NCBI GenBank assembly: GCA_030167865.1
Contig: JALAGF010004873.1
Location: 1-38,373 of the forward strand
Source: Craspedostauros australis
Taxonomy: Eukaryota
Direction of reading: 5' to 3'
Length of the DNA: 38,373 nt
In this document: positions 10,897 to 20,755 of the stretch, piece after piece
Position numbering within the stretch: the first letter of the stretch is position 1
Layout: the number at the start of each line of letters is the position of its first letter
Translations under genes and position numbers: made by a program
The notes under the pieces: generated by a model
Told to the model about the DNA's origin: nothing
Database searches by the model: none
The model's input: the letters and a program-made list of their open reading frames with translations, nothing else

Positions 10897-13800
10897 TTAG
10901 ATGTTTCCAGTGGCCCTTCTTCGGTTGTTCGTGTACTTGCTGCGCACGTAGCTGCGCAAGTCGCCACCGGACCTCCTGGATTGACGGCTGCTCAGGGATT
11001 CCCCACCTCCTCGGCTGTTGGATTCGTGGGCAGATCCCAGAGATTCATCCATGGCGCTGTCGTGAGAGTCGTTCGACTCCTGACCTCTCGCCTGGCCTTC
11101 CAGGTAGCTCCCGAATTCGCTGCCGCTGCGTGCGCTCTCCGGCGAGAATGATTCCAAGTCGAAGTTCAGGTTCTTGGGTGGATTCACTGAATCTGGGTTG
11201 GATGAGTAGCTCCTGCTCACAGTGAAAGTTGCCTGCGTGTTGTCGTCATTGTCAAAGAACTTCTGAGGTTGGGACTGCGGCTGCGGCTTTGACTGATGCC
11301 GTGGTTGGTGTTTGGAGTCATACTGACGCAGCGTTTCCTTCAGTCTGCGGCTGGACGTGGAGAATGTGGCAGAGTTGTTGGAGAACGTTGATATGTCGTC
11401 GCCCAAACCTCTGCCGTCGATTTGTCGCAGCTGATCTGTGAGCCGTTTGCACTCAAAGTTCTTCTCCTTCAGCTCGCGTTCCAACGTGTTCATTTTGCGC
11501 TCCATCATCTCCCTCTGCGCGGTGAGGTCGTTCAGCGCATCCTTAAGATCGTCGATCTTGCATCCATAGGATGCCTGCTTCTCCTCGATCTCTTTGTTGA
11601 ACTTCTCACGCAGCGTCTTGGCTGTCTCCACTGCCCTGGTGGCCAAGACCTTGGCGTGCTCCAGTTCTCCCTCCTTCCTGTCGAGCTCTTCGCGGAAGTA
11701 GGCGATGTCCTCGTCACGTTCTGACATCGCTGGGATCATGTTTTCGAGCGCAAGAAGTATTTGCTGCTTTTCGTCTTCGACATGGGCAATCTCCTTCTTG
11801 AAGCGTTCGTTCTCTGCCATCGAGGTTTGAAGCTGTCGTTCCATCTCATCTAGCTGCCCTCCTCTGCCGGAATCAGCGTCGCGAGACTTCTTCGTTTCCT
11901 CCTCGAGCGACGCGATCTTCGCTCGCAGTGCATCGGCCTCCGTCGACACTCCGGCGGCATCGTACCTAATCATATCGAGAGCCTCCTGCAGCTTGTGCTT
12001 GGTGTTCGTGTCACGATCAAGCTTCTGTTCGAGTTCGACGATTTGCATGTTCTTCCTGTCTTCCATTTCCCGCAGCGCCCTCTCTGAGCGTTCCAACTTC
12101 GAGGTCAGCTCCGACACCTTCGTGCGGAGCTCGTCCTTGGCTCTCGACTGCGTACTGAGCCTGGTCTCGAATTCGATTTTTTCCATCTCAAAGTGTCGAA
12201 CCTCAGATCTTTTGTCGTCCATCTCCTTCACGATTTGGTCAGCCTTCTGCTTGGCGACGTCCCTCGCGCGGTTGGCTTGATCAAGCTTCGTCCTGAGCCC
12301 GGACACCTCGTGCTGCAAGTTGTCGATTTCGGATTTGAGCTTGTCCAGCTGGCTTCGAGCACCCACAGCCTCCTGCTCGGTGTGCTTTTGCGCGTACGTC
12401 TGTGCATGCAGCTTGGCCTCCAATGACGACACCTGCTCCGAGTAGGAAGTGACCGATGCATTCAGATCTTTCACCTTTTGCCGCAGCTCTCCTTCCACCT
12501 TCCCAATCTTCTGCTTGTGCTCATCGCACTCCTTCGTTTTGGTGTCCAGCTCAGCAAGCAGAGATGGGATCTTCTGCCTGAGCTCGGCGATTTGCTTGTC
12601 TTTGCGATCGAGCTCGGCGCTGGTCGCGGCAATCTGCTGCTTCACGCCTTGGTGGTCCTTCTTGACGTCCTCCAGCTGCGACACTTCCGCGCTGTATCTG
12701 CCGATGGCATCCTTCATCTCCCTCCGCTTATTCTCGAGCTCCTCCTGGGCTTCCTTCAGCTTGAAGTTGAGCTCCTCGTTCTTCATCGACCTCTGCTCCA
12801 CGTCTGCCTCCAGTTCCATCACCTTCCTCGTGTTGCGTTGAATGAGGTCTTGCGTATGCCGTTGCTTGTCTTCCAACTCGCCGCGTGCGCTCTGCAGCTT
12901 GTCCTCGACTTCCGACTTGGTCTGAGTCTCCTCCTCCAGCTTGCTTTGAAGCTCAGAAATCTCCTTCGCGTACTTCTGCACGACCTCGCGCATGTACTTG
13001 TCCTTCATCTGGAGTTCTGCTGTCGTGCCGTCCTTGGTGATGGAGTAGTTGCGCTTGGTTTGTGCCAACTCCGTTCGGACGTCTTCGAGACCAATGCGTG
13101 CCTGAGACAGCTCTTCCGCCTGCTCGGCCTTCTCCTTCTGGAGCTCCTTCACTGAACCCTGCAGACGTTCGATGCTGGCCTCGAGAGACACCTTTTGCTG
13201 TTCTGCATTCTCGATCTTGGCCTCGAGATCCGCGATCTGCTGCCTTGACTGTTTCTGAGACTCCGCGAAGGATTTCTCCTTCCGATCAAGCCTCTCTTCA
13301 AGGCTGCTCTTCGTTGCCGCGACGTGGAGATGCTCCTCGACCAGGGCGGACACCTCGGCATAGTCGCTGCGGAGGTTGGCCATCTCCTTCTCCTTCTTCG
13401 TCTTTTCGGTTGTCAGCTTGGCGATGTCCCGCTCGGCAGATTCCAGCGACTTCTCCGTGGCCGATTTGTCTGCGAGCAAGTCATTCACTTGATGCTCCAG
13501 CGACTGGACCCTTGACTCGAGTCGCCCTTGCATCTCGTTGAACATGCGATCCTTCTTCTTGATTTCGGACTGGTTGTCCTCCTTCTCGATTGACAGCTGG
13601 TGCTCCGTCTCGACCAGCTTCGCCGTCAGCTCCTCGCAATCCTTGCGGAATCTGTGGGATTCGGAGATTTGCTTCTTCTTCTCTTCCTCGATCGTTAGAA
13701 GGCGCATCTTCATTTCCTTCGCCAATTCCTCGAGCTCGGACAACATCTTCACCTTCTGCTTAAGGCCGAGGATCTGGTCCTGGAGGCGGTCGATGGTGGC

Positions 13801-16551
13801 ATCCTTCTCGGTGACCTTGCTCTTCTCCTTCTCCACGCGATCGAGGGCCTCCTCGATCTGCCGTCGCAGACCCTCCATCTCCGAGAGCTTCTGCCGCTCT
13901 TCCATGGAGTTCGATGCTGCGAGGTGCAGCTTGTGCTCCAGCTGTTCGATGGTGGATCGCTTCTGTTTCAGGCTCGTTTCGCTCGCGCGCACCTTGCTCT
14001 CGAGCTTGAGGATCGTGCTCTGCAGGTCGTCCTTGGTCTTCTCGAAGTCCAATCGTTCCTCGAGAACCTCATCCTGCAAGGTCTTGTAGCTGGTCTTGGT
14101 CTGCTCCAGCTTCTTCTCCAACCTCACGCTCGCCTCGGTGGATGACAGCTTCCTATCCTCGATCTCGTCGTTGGCCTGCTGCAGCTGCGCCTCCAGCTTG
14201 CGGATAGAGTCCTGCCTGGCCTGCTCCAGTTCGGCGAATTCCGCTTCCTGCTTGGCAACCTCGGTCTTGAGCTTGGACTCGATGGCACGGAATTGCTTGC
14301 GCTGGGCTTCGATGGCATCATCGCGATCTCGCATCTCCGTAATGTGCTTGCTCTCCATCTCCGCCATGAACTCGCGGGCCTTGTTGTCCTCGATCTGAAC
14401 GCGCATGCCGAGCTCCTTGATGCGTTTGTCCTTGTCCGCGATATCTTTCATGCACGTGTCCAATCGGTTGCGCATGTCCTCCAACTCCCGTGATCGGTCC
14501 ATGTCCTTGCGTTCAAATTCCTCGCACGACGATCGTTCCTTCGTCTCTGCCTCCTTGATGCGATGGGAGAGATCCTGTCTCGTCTGATCGTAGGACAGCT
14601 GCAGCGACTCCAGCTCTCGCCGCAGCTTCTCGGCCGCCTGGCTCTCGTCACGGCGGACCTGATCCACCACGGCTTCCTTCATGTCCTCCAAGTCCCTTTG
14701 ATTTTGTTTGTTGCGTTCCTGCAGTTCGGCATGATGGCGGTCCGTCTGGTGGCGCAGCTGCTCCTGCATGGATTTGATTCGGGCCTCGAACTTTTGAATC
14801 TCGTCGGCGTGCTTCACCACCATGGTCTGCATCTTGACGGTGGTGGAACTCTGATCGTCCTTGCGTTGCGTCAGCGACTCCTCGACCTCCTGACGTAGCG
14901 CGTCGATGGCCTTCTGCTGGTCGAGGATCAGCTCTGCCTGCTGCGCGTCCTTCTTCTTGGACAGCATGATGGCATGATCCTTGTCCGCGAGGTCCTTGGC
15001 CTGCTTGTCGATTTGGTCATGGGCATGCGTGATGTCGTCGTTGGTGAGCTGGAGCTGTTCGTTGAGGCTGGCGATGCGTTTCTCGTAGGTGGCATCCTTC
15101 TCATCGGAAGTCGATTTGAGCGATGACTTGAGGAACTTGATCTCCTGCTGCATCTTGGCCATGTCGTGCTTCTTGCGCTCCAGCTTGGACAGGAGACTGA
15201 CCTTGACGGTCTTGACCTCGGAGAGCTCCATCTCCAGAGAATCCTCCTTGGCCTTGAGATCGCCGACCGTGGCATCCTTTTGTCTGCACCTGGTCTGCGC
15301 ATCTTCCAGCTGCTTGAGAAGTCGTTGGTGCTGCTGTCGCGTGTTGGATAGATCGGCCTTTGCTTCATCCACGTGTTCCTGCACCCGATGCAACTTCGTG
15401 GCCTGGTCACGCAGCTTGGCTTGGTACTCTTCCTCCATCTGTCTCTTGCGCTGCTCGTTGTCGGTGTACGCGACGTGCATTTCGTGGGTGAGACGCTGGA
15501 GATCCTCCTGCAGACGACCCACCAGCTCGCCGTTGCGCTGCGCGGAAGCGAGGCGTGGTTTCTGGTTTTCCAGCTCGGTCTGCGCACCATGCAGCTTCTT
15601 TTCGAGATTCTTGAGCTCCTGCACGAGGTTCTGGCATTCGAGTTCCACTTCGTGACGCCCCAGCTTCGAGATCGTTCGCGGTGACAGCGGCTGGTACTTG
15701 CTCTGCATTTGAGGTATGTGGATCTGCCTCGTGGATGCTGCCGCAGCGTTGCCAATGCTCCCCTGCCTCAAAGATGACTGGAGGACGGGGGCTGCGACGT
15801 TGCGTTGCACCGTCGGCGTCATGGGTTCATTCGTTGGTGGTGGCAGCCGTTGTGAGCGCGGGTTGGAGGCGGCTCGGATGACTTTGGGGATGGACGATTG
15901 GTCGCGCTTGCTCTGCGTTGGCTGAGGTGTTAGGTTGAGAGATGGCGCCTGCCTGGGAGTCTTCGGTGCTGCGTGACGTGTTGACACCTTCTCCGTGTCA
16001 AGCTCGGCGAAGAACTGCTCCTCCTCCAAATCATCGGTGAGGCTTTTGTTGTGATTGCTGAGCGGGTACGACTGACGGTTCTTCCTTGCAGTGGACGATG
16101 AAGAACGTGCATACGAGGGGTTGGCACTCGTTTGCCCCATCCGTTGCCCATGCTGCTGCAACAACTGGTCGGCTGCGTAGAGAGCGTCTCCGCTGGATTT
16201 GCGCACCCTGCCGGTGCTCGCCGCACGTGCTGCCGACGAACGCGACGCCGTGCGATTGCCCGCGCCATTGCCATTCATGTACTCTTCGTATGCAGCCGAA
16301 GGATGCTTGCGTACTTGTTGCTGATCCTGGTAGTGCGGTTGCGGTTGAGGCTGCCTCTTGGCTGACTGGGGGCGCATGCTGGATTTGGATCGTCTGTCGG
16401 AACCGGCAGGATAGTGCTGCCTGGAGTGCGAGCTTTGCTTGGTGTGGATCTCCCAGTTCTCAAAAGAGTTCTGCGGTCTGGGGGTCTCTTGCCGCCTGGG
16501 TCGCGGCTGCGATTGGTACCGCCGGTTGCTGCCGCTGGTGCCGTTCATCAT
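10897..16551 (-). CDS. Large coiled-coil protein (1884 aa) with disordered Ser/Gln/Arg-rich termini; function unknown
   Basis: Uninterrupted ORF with about 1400 aa of E/K/L/Q heptad-like sequence. The first ATG is at 16551 and there is an in-frame TAA upstream at 16612-16614. Confidence 0.85.
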   Translation of the reverse strand: MMNGTSGSNRRYQSQPRPRRQETPRPQNSFENWEIHTKQSSHSRQHYPAGSDRRSKSSMRPQSAKRQPQPQPHYQDQQQVRKHPSAAYEEYMNGNGAGNRTASRSSAARAASTGRVRKSSGDALYAADQLLQQHGQRMGQTSANPSYARSSSSTARKNRQSYPLSNHNKSLTDDLEEEQFFAELDTEKVSTRHAAPKTPRQAPSLNLTPQPTQSKRDQSSIPKVIRAASNPRSQRLPPPTNEPMTPTVQRNVAAPVLQSSLRQGSIGNAAAASTRQIHIPQMQSKYQPLSPRTISKLGRHEVELECQNLVQELKNLEKKLHGAQTELENQKPRLASAQRNGELVGRLQEDLQRLTHEMHVAYTDNEQRKRQMEEEYQAKLRDQATKLHRVQEHVDEAKADLSNTRQQHQRLLKQLEDAQTRCRQKDATVGDLKAKEDSLEMELSEVKTVKVSLLSKLERKKHDMAKMQQEIKFLKSSLKSTSDEKDATYEKRIASLNEQLQLTNDDITHAHDQIDKQAKDLADKDHAIMLSKKKDAQQAELILDQQKAIDALRQEVEESLTQRKDDQSSTTVKMQTMVVKHADEIQKFEARIKSMQEQLRHQTDRHHAELQERNKQNQRDLEDMKEAVVDQVRRDESQAAEKLRRELESLQLSYDQTRQDLSHRIKEAETKERSSCEEFERKDMDRSRELEDMRNRLDTCMKDIADKDKRIKELGMRVQIEDNKAREFMAEMESKHITEMRDRDDAIEAQRKQFRAIESKLKTEVAKQEAEFAELEQARQDSIRKLEAQLQQANDEIEDRKLSSTEASVRLEKKLEQTKTSYKTLQDEVLEERLDFEKTKDDLQSTILKLESKVRASETSLKQKRSTIEQLEHKLHLAASNSMEERQKLSEMEGLRRQIEEALDRVEKEKSKVTEKDATIDRLQDQILGLKQKVKMLSELEELAKEMKMRLLTIEEEKKKQISESHRFRKDCEELTAKLVETEHQLSIEKEDNQSEIKKKDRMFNEMQGRLESRVQSLEHQVNDLLADKSATEKSLESAERDIAKLTTEKTKKEKEMANLRSDYAEVSALVEEHLHVAATKSSLEERLDRKEKSFAESQKQSRQQIADLEAKIENAEQQKVSLEASIERLQGSVKELQKEKAEQAEELSQARIGLEDVRTELAQTKRNYSITKDGTTAELQMKDKYMREVVQKYAKEISELQSKLEEETQTKSEVEDKLQSARGELEDKQRHTQDLIQRNTRKVMELEADVEQRSMKNEELNFKLKEAQEELENKRREMKDAIGRYSAEVSQLEDVKKDHQGVKQQIAATSAELDRKDKQIAELRQKIPSLLAELDTKTKECDEHKQKIGKVEGELRQKVKDLNASVTSYSEQVSSLEAKLHAQTYAQKHTEQEAVGARSQLDKLKSEIDNLQHEVSGLRTKLDQANRARDVAKQKADQIVKEMDDKRSEVRHFEMEKIEFETRLSTQSRAKDELRTKVSELTSKLERSERALREMEDRKNMQIVELEQKLDRDTNTKHKLQEALDMIRYDAAGVSTEADALRAKIASLEEETKKSRDADSGRGGQLDEMERQLQTSMAENERFKKEIAHVEDEKQQILLALENMIPAMSERDEDIAYFREELDRKEGELEHAKVLATRAVETAKTLREKFNKEIEEKQASYGCKIDDLKDALNDLTAQREMMERKMNTLERELKEKNFECKRLTDQLRQIDGRGLGDDISTFSNNSATFSTSSRRLKETLRQYDSKHQPRHQSKPQPQSQPQKFFDNDDNTQATFTVSRSYSSNPDSVNPPKNLNFDLESFSPESARSGSEFGSYLEGQARGQESNDSHDSAMDESLGSAHESNSRGGGESLSSRQSRRSGGDLRSYVRSKYTNNRRRATGNI

Positions 16552-17644
16552 CTCAGTCGTCGTTGCGATGTGGACTCTCAAAGGTCGCCGTCGACCGCGA
16601 TGGATTGCTGCTTATGGGGGCGCGCAATTCCACGAGTCCTGAATCGTCGATCGGCGGCAGGTGCGTCTTTTGATTGGGTCCAAAGGAGCTGGGTCAGTTG
16701 CTCCAAGTCTTCAGCTCCAATCGTGAGATGAGTGCTCGTGCGGCGCAGAGTATTGCTCGAGTAAAACTTGCTGGAGTGGTCCTTGTTGGGCACACGCTCA
16801 CGATGAGCGGAGAAGACCGACGGACAAGGCACACTCCTCCCCGAGTATTGAAGATTGGAGTATGTTGCAGCAGAGTGTCCTGGTATGATGGGTGGAAGGA
16901 AGCACCGATGGTAGTGGACGCCTCTGCCGTTTTGCAATCGCACCTTGGCTCGGCAACGCGTGGAAACTCCTCTGTGCTAGTTGGCTCCACTCCGTCTGCC
17001 TCTCCAACTTTGGGTGCTTCAGTGGATGCTGCAACTGTTGCGGCCTTGCTGGCTTCGTCTCCGAAGTATTCGATGCAGTTGGCCGATTGAGGAGGTGCAA
17101 TGCTTTGCAATGTGATGTGACGGAATGGGTTGAGATGTGATATGATGTGATGGAGAATGTTTGTGGCGAAGTTGGCAGGTGTTGACGTGGGGATGTTGTG
17201 CTTTCGCCCAGCCCTCGAGAGAGCCTTCCTTCGCAATGGATGCTCCTCCTCGACTCGACTTGCCACCGTTATGCTTTGTCGGTCGGTGAGTGAGTGAGTG
17301 AGTGGGCGAGTGAGTGAGTTGGATGACGGCTCTCTTGGGAGGCCTCCGGATGCACAATGGCACCGACAGAAAGAGAAGAAATAGTGGACCTTGGCCCACA
17401 AGGAGCGTTTCTCTGTTCGACTCTCCGTTTGCCTGTCTTTGGGGTTTCAAAAGATGCCGCGCTGCGAGTTTTACCGCTTTCGCAAACAAAGCGAGAAAAC
17501 ACAAGACAGAGCAGCGTTCACTCGTGTTGGCTCTTCTCATTTGTGCGCGCGCATGCTACATTTCAAACGAAGACGACATCATATGACTAAACACATGTTA
17601 ATAAAATCAAATACAATAGACGTTAATAACGTTAATCATGCCAA

Positions 17645-17823
17645 ACAGGAAGCCAATGGATCAGAAGCAACTCACAAACTAAAATGTCCCAGACTTGCCA
17701 CGACGAATGGTATCTTTTGTCGCTTGGACACAACACAGTCCTCTGATACCGTTTGGTTTGTCGCACCATCCGCCAACGACGTTTGGTGGGTTGGTTCTGA
17801 TCCTCTCCCTTGGTGGCTTCTGT
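17645..17823. ncRNA. Candidate structured RNA / hairpin precursor (inverted repeat)
   Basis: GGATCAGAAgCAACTCACAAAC (17658-17679) pairs with GTTTgGTGGGTTGgTTCTGATCC (17781-17803). There is an outer GAAGCCA/TGGCTTC helix and an inner GAATGGTATC/GATACCGTTT helix. Confidence 0.35.
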
Positions 17824-18605
17824 CTTTGTTGACAGCTTGTATACTCTCGAGTACCATGTTATGCTCACTCTTCCTTTGCCGGTGTCTCCGGCATGATCGC
17901 TGGCACATGACGCCTTCGGACATTACTCTCTGCTCTGCTTCTTTCCGCCCGGAGGTTCCGCATTTGGAGCCGAACGCCGCAACAAGTGCAATCCTCCACA
18001 ACCGAGTGAACAGAGACCCACGTTCTGATGTTGCTCTTCGCGTTGAAGACCATAGATCGTCCCAAAGCACGTGCCGCACGTGTTGGAGAGTGGACAACAT
18101 CAAGAATCGCAAGAAGTGAACCGCGGCATTCAATTGCGTATTGCATGGGGCGAGTTTGGTTGCATTTGCGAATCAAGTGAAAGGGCCATAAAAACTATTA
18201 GCGATCTGCTGCTGCTGTGTATGAGTATTCTACCGCATTAGTATGAGTACGGGATAGGCATGCAGGTTGTTGGGTTACTTCTCGTGGATTGCGCATCGTT
18301 TGGAGCGTGGCAATCGCCAGATGGCAGATGCTGCTGGTATCGGCCGCTGTCCATTCAGCGTAATGAAAATTGCGGATTGGAAATGTAGAGCAGAGTTTGG
18401 TGTGCTGGTATTGTCGATAGCATTTGTATCGTAAGAGTGCGACGGTCGGGCAAGGAAACGTATGGATTGGTCGAGAAGAAACACCACGTCCTTCCCTGTC
18501 CTGTCCTGTCCTGTAATGTCCGCCCTGATCTGATCTGTACGCAATGAAGTGTAGCCATGCATTGCACGTGATGCAGGCTCAGTGCAACGGTTGGGGAGGC
18601 ATGCT

Positions 18606-19661
18606 TTAGTCGCAGGACGTCCCGTCGTCGTCCACTCTGCATTCCGCGACGCTTCGGAAGAGAATTCCCGTGCGAATGATCTCGCGGTCGTGGTAGAGGA
18701 ACAAGGCGCTGTAGGAGAGACCGAGGATGGAGAAGGTCTTGTTCCACACCCAGGCCGGAAGGATGTTGCCTCCCGTCGTGCTCTGGAACGAGGCGCAGGC
18801 AGTGAATGCACCGACGAAGAAGCTCGCGAGAATGGCGAGGCCGAGGTAGGTACCCTCGGTGCGGAACTTGGGCTTGCCAGCCTTCATGCTGAAACTGTCC
18901 ATGGCCTGCTGCGCGAGCCTCGTGTAGTGGCCCGTGATGACGAAGGTGAGGGTTCCGGCGACCTGCTGGCCGACGGAGTTGACGAGGCCGAACCCGGCGG
19001 ACAGCATGGTGACCGGCAGCCAGCGATTCTGCAGCATGTTCATGAGGATGTCGCTGCCCACGAAGAGGGACGCGACGAGCGGGGCGCAGACGAGCGCCAG
19101 GGACTTCTTCTCCAGCTTGGAATTGGATTGGCGGAAGGACACGATGCCGGCGAGGTAGGCGATGATGACGGTGAGGTAGTAAACGGCGTCCATCGGCCGT
19201 GACTCCACCAAAGCACGGGCCATCCACATGGTGTTGCCCGTCATCATGGTGGAGAAGGTCTGGTACTTGAGGAAGGTCGCCACTTGCCCCCATCCCGTGA
19301 GGAAGGCCATGACCGCGGCGAAGCGCTTCTTGCCCATGCTGTTGGTTTGGGCGGGCATCTTGATTGCGGCAACTGCCTTGGAGAGTTCGACCGCCTTGGC
19401 TGTGCCTCGACGGGACATGTCAGCCGAAGCGGCTTCCGATGAGAAGAGCACGCTCCTTTCGAATGCTACGGCTGACGGCCGGCTCTGAGGTACAACCCAG
19501 CTCGGCTGTGACGTTGATGGGGCACGAAAATGCAATGCGGAAGATCTCGCATTGGAGACGGCATTTCTTGTGCTGGCGGAATATGCCTCGCAGCGTGGTG
19601 CCTGTTGGCATGCGACGAGACAAGCCACGATTGCGGCAACGTTTCTTGATGATATCCTCAT
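18606..19661 (-). CDS. DUF1275 (YoaK-like) membrane protein with a probable bipartite plastid-targeting presequence
   Basis: The motifs FLTGWG..FSTMMTGNT and GLVNS..TFVITG are typical of DUF1275. A signal peptide ending CEA|Y is followed by a Ser/Ala/Arg-rich transit region. Confidence 0.8.
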   Translation of the reverse strand: MRISSRNVAAIVACLVACQQAPRCEAYSASTRNAVSNARSSALHFRAPSTSQPSWVVPQSRPSAVAFERSVLFSSEAASADMSRRGTAKAVELSKAVAAIKMPAQTNSMGKKRFAAVMAFLTGWGQVATFLKYQTFSTMMTGNTMWMARALVESRPMDAVYYLTVIIAYLAGIVSFRQSNSKLEKKSLALVCAPLVASLFVGSDILMNMLQNRWLPVTMLSAGFGLVNSVGQQVAGTLTFVITGHYTRLAQQAMDSFSMKAGKPKFRTEGTYLGLAILASFFVGAFTACASFQSTTGGNILPAWVWNKTFSILGLSYSALFLYHDREIIRTGILFRSVAECRVDDDGTSCD

Positions 19662-20438
19662 GGTGATGCTTTGTTTTGGATGTCGTTTGATTTGATCTCT
19701 GTGTTGGAGGTCTGGTTGAGCGATCGTGCGAGGCGAGAAAGGACGGGTAGTGGCGATGCCTGTGTGTGTGGTGTGTTGTGTTTTGCTTGTGTTTGTGTTT
19801 GTGTGTTGTGGTGGCGTGGTGGCGTGGTGGTGCGTCGGCAGATTTTTTGGTCGTTCTGTGTTTTTGTGACCAGTTCGGTAGCGAAAGGTATCGTGGTGAG
19901 TTGCGTGTCGTTTTGGTGGGTTGTGGTCGATCCCCTTTCAATCACACAACCAATCCAACATCCGCGTGCGTTGCTCGCACTGGTGCTCTGTGCTCGCATC
20001 ACTGTTCCCGCACTCACTCGCCTGCGATTGATGTCTGTTTTCGTCCGGTCTCAATTCTGGTTGTGACCAAATTCCAGAACCTGCGCCAATTGTTGCATTT
20101 GCGAATCAGAATTGTTCTGATCGGTCGTGACACAGTCATGACGTCATCCCAGATGATTGCATTTTCGCGTGGAAAGAAGCACACATGCCAAATGATGATA
20201 CAGCCTAAAACAAATGTTGGAAATTCGACGAAACCTGCGTCACGAAATTCAGCATCCGAACAACACGAAGAACGTGGATGGAGGGACACACTATCAGCAA
20301 CGACAATGGCGACAGTACTTCTCGGACTCGCGTTCGTACTCGTACTCGCACTCCCAGTTGTGCTCGCGTCCGCAGGCGTGGTTGGAGAGCACGATGAATC
20401 GGACAGTCAGGCACAATGACAATCGCATTGACGACGAA

Positions 20439-20470
<32 letters not shown>

Positions 20471-20755
20471 TGATGATATAAGATCACCGAGAGAAATCAA
20501 AGCTGCCTCCGACGACAAGTGAGCGGTTCATCCAGAAGATAGCGAGGAAAGAGGACAGAGGAGATACAGACGAGGATGCAGAAGAGGATGCAGAAGAGGC
20601 TGGTGGCGGATGCGATTTCAAGCCACAGCGCATCCAACGAGATGGCACAGCACCACGGAGTCAAAAGACGGCCAAGGCAGATCCATCACCGACAAATCCA
20701 TGCGAATGCTCAGCCACACTCGCGGCCAACACAGACGGGTTCACGACCTGCAACG

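Noticed and set aside
17640-18160. Assigning the structured region to RNase MRP, SRP, telomerase RNA or a TPP riboswitch
   Set aside because: The diagnostic motifs (P4 pseudoknot strands, SRP helix 8, CCCTAA template, CUGAGA) were not convincingly found.
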